Source: Saccharolobus solfataricus (GTDB lineage: Archaea; Thermoproteota; Thermoprotei_A; Sulfolobales; Sulfolobaceae). From it: a DNA stretch of 32,000 bases. Under the pieces are notes generated by a model. That model was given only the letters and a program-made list of their open reading frames with translations. It was not told the origin of the DNA and made no database searches. This document shows positions 25,540-32,000 of this stretch, piece by piece. Position 1 is the first letter of the stretch, and every line of letters starts with the position of its first letter. The translations under genes and the position numbers were made by a program. The stretch spans positions 2,550,001-2,582,000 of the forward strand of contig NZ_LT549890.1 in assembly GCF_900079115.1 (NCBI RefSeq). The letters run 5' to 3'.

Positions 25540-26574
25540 TGTTTTTTGCGTAATTACGCAAGAAGCAGCGCTACTAATTAATCTAGGTGCAATTTGCTCA
25601 GTGATCAAATATACCTCATAGTCCTTTTCTTTGGACAAGTACTCGACGTTAAGGTCAGAGAACACTAATATGTCAAATCCCTGCTTACTGATGACGTAAA
25701 TTTCATCATTACTAACTATGTCCGTAGGTACTACATTCCCTATTTCCTTTATCATTTCAATTTCGTAGGTGCCACTTCTATCAACCACCCTGAAGGTTTT
25801 AGAGTAGTTTAAGCTAGACATTAGTATGTAAACGTCTTTACCGAATCCTTCTCGAGTTAAATTTTCATACGCTCTTAGAACATCGAGTAGTATATTTCCA
25901 GCGACATTCCAGTCAGAACCTGTAATTTTCAAGCCGATTTTTAGAGGAGATAACGGATGATTTTTTAATAATAAATAATTCTCCATCTTAGCAAAAGATT
26001 TTCCAGCTAATACGGCTGTTCTTCTCGAATCGCTCTTCTGACCCAAATAAAATTTTACTTGAGAATTAATTAACGGAACTTCATAGAGTGATGCACTTTT
26101 GCTTTGAATTATATCTCCGGAATCCTCTTTTATTTCTGATAAAGGTATGGTGGTAAACTCATATTTTATTGTATTTCCTATATTCCTCATTATTCTACTC
26201 GACACAATTCCCTCAGTTATCCAGCTCACTATATGGTCTTTGGAAATCTCCTTACTACTAGTTGGAATTAAAGGAAAATCCTTGGTTTCACCAATCAGTT
26301 TTGAAGCTTCTTCCCATCCCTTTTTAAAATAACTGAAATCCTCTGGAGAAACTTGATATAGTAGTCTTAGGAATTCTCCAAAATGAGTCATTTCCTCTTT
26401 AGTTATGTCTTCATGTACTTTTCTTAATTTCTCGTCATCAATATATTTATTTTGTTGTAGATAAAAATTTATAGCATCTATTTCTGCAGCTATTGCATTT
26501 CTTATAGCTCTGACTGATTCCTCTTTATCAAATTTTTCTTTTCTAGTTAAAGTTGAGGGATCATTAGAGAACAA
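25534..26574 (-). CDS. encapsulin nanocompartment shell protein with fused N-terminal ferritin-like (EncFtn/Flp) domain
   Basis: 346 aa with a TTG start. The N-terminal ~95 aa carry the EncFtn di-iron pattern (AAEIDAINFY ... KEEMTHFGEF, i.e. Glu, Tyr and ExxH). The C-terminal ~235 aa align by eye with HK97-fold encapsulins, for example YILMSS...IYVISKQGFDILVFSDLNVEY...YEVYLITEQIAPRL against the T. maritima and P. furiosus PfV C-terminal blocks. Overall length and N-terminus match the P. furiosus Flp-encapsulin fusion. Confidence 0.85.
   Translation of the reverse strand: MFSNDPSTLTRKEKFDKEESVRAIRNAIAAEIDAINFYLQQNKYIDDEKLRKVHEDITKEEMTHFGEFLRLLYQVSPEDFSYFKKGWEEASKLIGETKDFPLIPTSSKEISKDHIVSWITEGIVSSRIMRNIGNTIKYEFTTIPLSEIKEDSGDIIQSKSASLYEVPLINSQVKFYLGQKSDSRRTAVLAGKSFAKMENYLLLKNHPLSPLKIGLKITGSDWNVAGNILLDVLRAYENLTREGFGKDVYILMSSLNYSKTFRVVDRSGTYEIEMIKEIGNVVPTDIVSNDEIYVISKQGFDILVFSDLNVEYLSKEKDYEVYLITEQIAPRLISSAASCVITQKTS
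25542..25561 (+). terminator. T6 tract plus perfect 16-nt palindrome directly after the stop of 24730..25539
   Basis: TTTTTT at 25542-25547 and TTGCGTAATTACGCAA at 25546-25561. The palindrome lies inside the last codons (CVITQK) of the convergent encapsulin gene. Confidence 0.4.
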
Positions 26575-26808
26575 AACTTAGCACCCATTACTCTATAAGC
26601 GTTTACGTATAAAAGTTATAAAGTCTCTTTGGCTTTATCTACAATTGCACTCATTAGCTAGTTTGTAGATTTTTATCAGATATTTAAGAATCATTACTAA
26701 CTTAAATTGTACACTTTAACATTGACCGAAATGGAGATAATATAGTGATCTAGTGTAAAAATATTCAATAGGTAAATCAAGCAAATACTCACTCTCTTTT
26801 CCCTTATA

Positions 26809-28158
26809 TTAAAGGGCGAGGTTTTCTGTCTCATTCCTTGTAGGTGTTTGATATTGATCGAAAAGGATCTTTAATCTCTCTTCTAATAGGAAGACGTCAC
26901 CATTCAATATTTTCACAACTTCTAGCGTAGGGATATTTAGTGTGTAAATGTTATTAATATTAGTAGCGGTGTTTGTTATTACGAATCTTCCCCTAACCTT
27001 ATATACTTTCTTATCATGTTCCACTTCCTCAATTTTGCTTAACAATTTCAATTCCTCATAGTTATATAAGCTTCCGTCATTTGAAAATACTACATCTCCC
27101 AAGTATACTTGATCATCCACAATGAAGAATAAGCCTACTACAATAGACTTTCCGTCAACTTCAATTCTCTTTCCTCTTGGATGAACATAGCTTATTCCAA
27201 ACTCTTTACTAATATTGGATAGTAACTCTCTAACCTTCTTTTCAAATTCCTTAGCGTCAACTTCTGGATTCCTTAGACTTGTATATTTTCTCAATTCACT
27301 TCTAATACAATCTATGTTATTTTTCTCACAAACTTTTTCTACCTTATCCATCTCATTTCGTATGAACTGTAATATTGAACTGACATTAGTTATCTCTTTA
27401 CTATTCCATAGTGTTATAATTATTGGTAGAATGTCCTCTGTTAGATCTTTACAATAGGCTTCTACAATTTCCTTTATGTCCTCACTTGTTAACGCGTCAT
27501 CTAGAGGAATTCTGCTCTCCTCTATTCTCCTTCTTATTGCTAAATCAGAAACCTTGCTGTAAACCTCAGTAGGCATTGCCATAATTATCGGTATATCAAG
27601 TCCTGCGTTAATTAGCCTGTGTATTAGACTTAAGTGATAATCCCTTATTTCATCAATTAAAAGTACTAGCTTACTCAAATTCTTCATATCTCTTAACGCA
27701 TTAATCATTCCGTCGAAGTTTCTTTCATAGCTCAAACAATAAACCCTTAGAAAGGGATTATTATATTTATTGCAAATTTTTAGCAACCAATCCTCAAATT
27801 TAACTCCCATCAATCTTTTCCAAAAAGAATATCCAAGCTTACCCTTTATCTTCTGCAGTTCAAGTAAAGCCTTTTCCCTCAATTCGAATTGAGTAGTCTT
27901 AGTCCAGAATTCCTCATCTATACTTTGTTTATTAGCTAAGTCTAAGTAAATTGATAAGTTATCAGTTTTTGTTATTTCCTCTATTTTCTTAAGTAACGTA
28001 GTCTTTCCCATACCAGGTTGTCCAACAACTGATGCCACTTCGTTATTTCTTACTATTTCTAGTGTCTTTTCTAAATATTTTCTATATGTTGGACCTACCA
28101 GTATAATGCTTCTAGATGACCATGTAGTTACAGTTACTCTTGGTATCTCACAAACCAT
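26809..28158 (-). CDS. P-loop (AAA+/archaeal-ATPase-like) NTPase with uncharacterised C-terminal ~140-aa domain (possibly nuclease-like)
   Basis: 449 aa. Walker A is GQPGMGKTT (27997-28023) and Walker B is LVLLIDEI. A lid-like segment reads RIPLDDALTSEDIKEIVEAY. The C-terminal region (EFEKKVRELL...RIEVDGKSIVVGLFFIVDD...) has alternating helix and strand character reminiscent of restriction-endonuclease-fold domains, but no clean (D/E)xK motif. Confidence 0.7.
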   Translation of the reverse strand: MVCEIPRVTVTTWSSRSIILVGPTYRKYLEKTLEIVRNNEVASVVGQPGMGKTTLLKKIEEITKTDNLSIYLDLANKQSIDEEFWTKTTQFELREKALLELQKIKGKLGYSFWKRLMGVKFEDWLLKICNKYNNPFLRVYCLSYERNFDGMINALRDMKNLSKLVLLIDEIRDYHLSLIHRLINAGLDIPIIMAMPTEVYSKVSDLAIRRRIEESRIPLDDALTSEDIKEIVEAYCKDLTEDILPIIITLWNSKEITNVSSILQFIRNEMDKVEKVCEKNNIDCIRSELRKYTSLRNPEVDAKEFEKKVRELLSNISKEFGISYVHPRGKRIEVDGKSIVVGLFFIVDDQVYLGDVVFSNDGSLYNYEELKLLSKIEEVEHDKKVYKVRGRFVITNTATNINNIYTLNIPTLEVVKILNGDVFLLEERLKILFDQYQTPTRNETENLAL

Positions 28159-28160
28159 AT

Positions 28161-28661
28161 TTATCTCCTCCTCTTAACTATTCCGTAAGTAACGCCTCTT
28201 CTCGTAAATCCCTCATCACCTCCAGCTATTAAATCGTAATTTTCCTCTACATATTTTCTAAATTTTGAGTAAAACTCTTCCTTAGAAAGTCCTAGTTCTA
28301 TCCTTATTCTCTCCAATGGCGCATATCCTAAAGAATCCCTTATCCTATCATAAGCCTCATCAAAATCCTTAGATGAAAAACTCTTTGATTCAACGAATTT
28401 CTGTAATAGGTCAAGCATTTTATGAATCTCATCCCTTAGTATTTTCAACTCGTCTTCTATGTTTATACTATCTAGCGGTTCAAAAGTGATTTTACTCCCA
28501 TTTTCAACTCTTCTTATTTTTCCCTCCTTCTCTAACTCCTCGAGTACATGTATGAGGTTTCTATCCTTAAACTTCCTCTTAATCTTAGATAATGAGACCG
28601 GTTTCTGTGAATCCTTATATTCACTCAATATAAGAGCAAAGACGTCATCCTTGCCAATCAT
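28161..28661 (-). CDS. winged-helix DNA-binding protein with coiled-coil linker and a conserved-looking C-terminal domain
   Basis: 166 aa. The N-terminus PVSLSKIKRKF..LIHVLEELEKEGKIRRVENG looks like a wHTH. A central heptad-like stretch reads EDELKILRDEIHKMLDLLQKF. Its stop lies 2 nt before the ATPase ATG, and a GAGGAGGAG SD-like run sits in its last codons. Confidence 0.6.
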   Translation of the reverse strand: MIGKDDVFALILSEYKDSQKPVSLSKIKRKFKDRNLIHVLEELEKEGKIRRVENGSKITFEPLDSINIEDELKILRDEIHKMLDLLQKFVESKSFSSKDFDEAYDRIRDSLGYAPLERIRIELGLSKEEFYSKFRKYVEENYDLIAGGDEGFTRRGVTYGIVKRRR

Positions 28662-28898
28662 GTTAAAGGTTTTGGTTCTAAAATGTTCATAAGGCTTACA
28701 GCCCTTAATACTGACTTTAGGAGTTTAAAAGAAGTCACGCAATTAGAACGTATTCATAATTATTTTATTTGATTCATAAGACTTCCTAGTTACTTTTTGT
28801 AACTTATCTAATGATTGGCTATGAAGAATATATGTATATATGAAGAGAGAATCTACATAATATATCTATATTAGTATTAAAAATGAAACAAGATTTTC

Positions 28899-30065
28899 TT
28901 AATAAACTAAAGCCTTAATTGTGGCACCAATTTCTGTTGACGAACTTAATCTAATCCAAGTTGTAGGCTTATCGATAATATTTATTCCACGCTTTAATAC
29001 CACGCTATCGCTAACTTCATCATTAATATCAGCCTTTAATTGTAATTCAGCTTCTCCGTTAACTGATACGATTAGTCTATTGGCATTAGGAACATAATAC
29101 CACTTACTCTCCCTTCCCTTGAATTTCCCTCTTAGCTCACCATAACTCCTAGGATCAAAGATAAAAGTATCAACGTATTCTACCCAAATTTCATGTGTAT
29201 AGCCCTCTTTCCCAGTATCGATCCTAGTGGTATAGGTATCTCTGAAGGATACAAAAAACAATTTTGGTTTTCCGTCTGGTTCGGTAGTGTAATGAGGATG
29301 TCCAACTTGAACGAATGAGTCATCTAAACCTAGAAGTGGCATTAGTGAACCTTGAAGAAAACTAACTTTGTTAACATCTTCTGTCACATAAAGCTCATCT
29401 AAATTAGGTCCAATGAACGATTGTAACATCCATTTTGAAACAGTATTCATTTCAATGAAGATTTGAAACCTAGGGATAAGTGTGAAGTCTAATACATCAT
29501 TACTCCTAGCCCAAGCTCCAATATCCCCTAAATCCTCAACTCTCACCTTTTCCAAATCGTCGACGCTTCTTACCATATATAACTTAACACCAGAAGAATC
29601 AGCATTAGGAGCTACTGCAAATGCGTCATGCATATTTCTATATGCTCCGGTTGGTCTTATAGGAAAGCCAGAGTCCTTCTTTAAGTCCTTAATTAAAAGT
29701 TTATATCCCTTTAGTTTCCACTCTTGATCGAATGCAAAGAAATAGACATCATTTCCATGTGTAGAAGTGATGTAGAACTCGTCTCTAGCCTCATTGTAAA
29801 ATCCCCTTATTCCATTGTTACTATAGTCAACTTGCATTGGGAAATCAGATGGTAAAATCTTCTTAATACCACTAAAGTCAACGTTTAGACTCCTATCTAT
29901 TGGCGCTACGAATCCTTCACGTTTTAACCCTTTTAGATCACTCCAACCAGTGAAGAGGAACCAGTGCTTGTCTCTTTTACTATCATAGATTACGTATGGG
30001 GTTCCTACTCCACCTTTAATATCGCTAAAGGGAGATTTTGGGGGAAGAATTATTGGTCTGATCAT
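28899..30065 (-). CDS. hypothetical protein, possibly beta-propeller glycosidase-like (GH43/GH130/DUF377-type)
   Basis: 388 aa with an ATG start. The ORF is long and clean. The function guess rests only on the N-terminal pattern GTPYVIYDSKRDKHWFLFTGW and its neighbourhood with GH15, so it is weak. Confidence 0.5.
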   Translation of the reverse strand: MIRPIILPPKSPFSDIKGGVGTPYVIYDSKRDKHWFLFTGWSDLKGLKREGFVAPIDRSLNVDFSGIKKILPSDFPMQVDYSNNGIRGFYNEARDEFYITSTHGNDVYFFAFDQEWKLKGYKLLIKDLKKDSGFPIRPTGAYRNMHDAFAVAPNADSSGVKLYMVRSVDDLEKVRVEDLGDIGAWARSNDVLDFTLIPRFQIFIEMNTVSKWMLQSFIGPNLDELYVTEDVNKVSFLQGSLMPLLGLDDSFVQVGHPHYTTEPDGKPKLFFVSFRDTYTTRIDTGKEGYTHEIWVEYVDTFIFDPRSYGELRGKFKGRESKWYYVPNANRLIVSVNGEAELQLKADINDEVSDSVVLKRGINIIDKPTTWIRLSSSTEIGATIKALVY

Positions 30066-30121
30066 ACTGAAAAATAACCTTTAAAGAATAAAATTTTTTT
30101 ATTATATATGTTATAACTCTT

Positions 30122-30664
30122 CTATTTATCATTGCCCAAAAGATGTCTTCTTACAAATATTCTAATATCCTTAACCTTTTTGAGAGATTTCAAATTCGTT
30201 ACAATACTATCAACTTTTGCATTATCCTTTTCTCTAATATTTATACTCTCAGCCTCACTTCTCCCTAACTGATTTAAATAATACAATCTTTCTTTTTTTA
30301 GAATTAGACTCTTTTTTGATAAGGTATGTAAACGAGAATCTATTCTTGGACTATATACAAAATATCTTTTATTCCACTTAATTGAAAAAATCGGGTTTTG
30401 TATATTGTAATATCTGGATAAATAGTCGTAAAGTAAAAATGAGAGTACGAAAAGTCTAGTCTTGTCAATCCCTCCCCCATACTTATATATTGTAAACAAC
30501 GTTAGGGAGTCAACGGTCATGTGATAAGCTACTTCTTGTTCTTTACATAACTTTTCTACGTTACTTTCTGCTAATAACTTAAGAATATAATAGAGAGAAA
30601 CCCAAGACCCATATATTTCGATTTCGTCCAAAGCCTCCTTTAAGAGTTGTTGTAATCTATTCAT
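30122..30664 (-). CDS. hypothetical protein translationally coupled to GH15 paralog 2
   Basis: 180 aa. Its ATG overlaps the GH15 TAA (TAATG at 30662-30666). No firm family. There is a faint resemblance to DUF4065/Panacea-type domains (KTRLFVLSFLLYDY...KWNKRYFVYSPRIDSRL). Confidence 0.5.
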   Translation of the reverse strand: MNRLQQLLKEALDEIEIYGSWVSLYYILKLLAESNVEKLCKEQEVAYHMTVDSLTLFTIYKYGGGIDKTRLFVLSFLLYDYLSRYYNIQNPIFSIKWNKRYFVYSPRIDSRLHTLSKKSLILKKERLYYLNQLGRSEAESINIREKDNAKVDSIVTNLKSLKKVKDIRIFVRRHLLGNDK

Positions 30665-32000
30665 TAAACTAACCTCTCTTCTAGTTCCACTATTGCCACT
30701 ATTAATCCTGCATGGGGAAATGCTTGAGGAAAGTTACCCCTAGGTTCGCAAGTGTTCTGATCTAAGTGTTCAGCGAGTAATAATGATGATGTAGAACAGT
30801 TAATTAGCTTCTCAATTACTTTTTTCGCTCTGTCTACTTCTCCTAATCTAATATAAACCCGGCTTAACCATGTCGAGACTAGGGCAAAAGGATGTTTTAC
30901 ATTTCCCATAAAGTCATCCTTATATCTTAGTAATAAACCATCTGAAATCATTAAATCCCTCTCGATCTTCTCAAATGTCCTCAAAAATCTAGGATCTTTA
31001 GCATCTATAAAGCCGTATAGCGGTAAGGTAAGTAAAGCAGAATCTACTGAATTACTCCCGTAATATCTCGTAAAATAACCTAACTTTTCTGAATATCCGT
31101 TATCAAAAACGTCCTTTTTAATTTCTTCAGCAACATTAATCCATTCCTCAGCTTCATTTTTATATCCCAATTCATTTGCAAGTTTGCTAGCCCTATCGAG
31201 AGCTACCCAATCCATAACCTTAGTGTGCGTGAAATGCTCCTCTACTCCTCTTTGTTCCCATAAATCAGTACTCTTCCATTTCCAACTCTTCTTAGTCCAT
31301 TCCGCTATTGCCTCTATGGCCCACCATATTTCACTAATATATTCTGAATCTTTACTTGCATTATAATATTCGTATAGTGCATTCATATAAGCACCTTCAA
31401 CATCCATTTGTATTTGCATATACGCTGCATTTCCAACTCTTACCGGAAACGATTTTTTATGACCTTTTAGCCAATCTAGGATTTCCTCTGCTGGTGGCGC
31501 TGTTCCATCTATTGTATAAAGTGGATGATCAAAACTTTTAGACGAAGGATCTATCATAGCAGTTAGGAATCCTATTATATCCCTGGCCTTTACCAATAAT
31601 CCTGCTTTTATTAACGCTTCTGCAGAGTACGAAGCATCTCTAACCCATACATATCTATAATCCCAATTTCTCGACCCGCCGATTATCTCTGGAAGAGAAG
31701 TAGTTGGAGCTGCTATAATTCCTCCTGATGGTTCATAAATTAAGCCAAGAAGTACTAACAAAGATCTATAATATGCATCTACATACATGTTAACCTTTTT
31801 AGCGTTCTCTAACCTTCTTCTCCAATATCTTATAGCCTTATTTAAGGCTTCATACGGTTCAGAATAAACAAAGCCCTTATTACTGAACAGACCATATCTC
31901 AAATCCTTCGAGTAAAGCAAGTATATATAACCTTTACCCTTTTTCAAAACGAATTCAGTATCATCAATAGGTATGTATTCCCCACCTATTAGTATTTCCA
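30664..32000 (-). CDS. glycoside hydrolase family 15 (glucoamylase/trehalase-type), paralog 2; N-terminus off-window
   Basis: The frame stays open through position 32000. The track 'start' at 31947 is an internal TTG, and alignment with paralog 1 implies roughly 160 more N-terminal residues. Motifs: PSGGIIAAPTTSLPE, RNWDYRYVWVRD, DLWEQRG, LLAEHLD. Confidence 0.85.
   Translation of the reverse strand, partial: EILIGGEYIPIDDTEFVLKKGKGYIYLLYSKDLRYGLFSNKGFVYSEPYEALNKAIRYWRRRLENAKKVNMYVDAYYRSLLVLLGLIYEPSGGIIAAPTTSLPEIIGGSRNWDYRYVWVRDASYSAEALIKAGLLVKARDIIGFLTAMIDPSSKSFDHPLYTIDGTAPPAEEILDWLKGHKKSFPVRVGNAAYMQIQMDVEGAYMNALYEYYNASKDSEYISEIWWAIEAIAEWTKKSWKWKSTDLWEQRGVEEHFTHTKVMDWVALDRASKLANELGYKNEAEEWINVAEEIKKDVFDNGYSEKLGYFTRYYGSNSVDSALLTLPLYGFIDAKDPRFLRTFEKIERDLMISDGLLLRYKDDFMGNVKHPFALVSTWLSRVYIRLGEVDRAKKVIEKLINCSTSSLLLAEHLDQNTCEPRGNFPQAFPHAGLIVAIVELEERLV

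Noticed and set aside
1-32000. Search for CRISPR arrays, tRNA and rRNA genes.
   Set aside because: No regularly spaced 24-37-nt direct repeats were seen anywhere. The only tandem repeats are the 17-bp x2 at 8903-8936 and the 15-bp x2 at 10860-10889. No cloverleaf-compatible GC-rich 70-90-nt segments or rRNA-like stretches were seen by eye.

Overview
AT-rich archaeal DNA that looks like a Sulfolobales (Saccharolobus/Sulfolobus-type) chromosome. Supporting signs: TATA boxes about 25-30 nt upstream of mostly leaderless starts, oligo-T terminators, frequent GTG/TTG starts, an ISC-like IS element, and typical crenarchaeal gene content. All family calls come from motifs read by eye. No database or HMM search was run.

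Gene layout:
- 1-633: the 3' end of a GC-rich IS element.
- 650-9855: an amine transport and catabolism island. It holds two inverted paralogous modules (APC permease followed by a metallophosphoesterase), a class-III aminotransferase, an archaeal-type ATPase with a winged helix, and an agmatinase-like ureohydrolase.
- 9856-10897: a roughly 1-kb gene-poor spacer containing a MITE-like GC island and a small multi-hairpin element.
- 10898-25539: housekeeping and accessory genes. These are a family-5 uracil-DNA glycosylase, a beta-carbonic-anhydrase-like protein, a tandem DUF433 protein, an M20 peptidase, 4-hydroxybutyryl-CoA dehydratase, a CBS protein, a GH15 hydrolase, a translationally coupled NreA and radical-SAM pair, a DUF2173-like protein, an MFS transporter, an aldose 1-epimerase and several hypotheticals.
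- 25534-32000: the most unusual stretch. It contains a ferritin-like (EncFtn) domain fused to an HK97-fold encapsulin shell protein. Directly upstream on the same strand is a tightly coupled operon (winged-helix protein plus P-loop ATPase with an uncharacterised C-terminal domain). Beyond that lie an orphan 388-aa protein and a second GH15 paralog coupled to a small unknown ORF.

No rRNA, tRNA or CRISPR array was found. The best candidates for something undescribed are:
- the wHTH + ATPase operon beside the encapsulin (a defence module or a provirus relic);
- the duplicated permease and phosphoesterase pairing;
- a tandem perfect-palindrome operator;
- the structured GC-rich non-coding islands.
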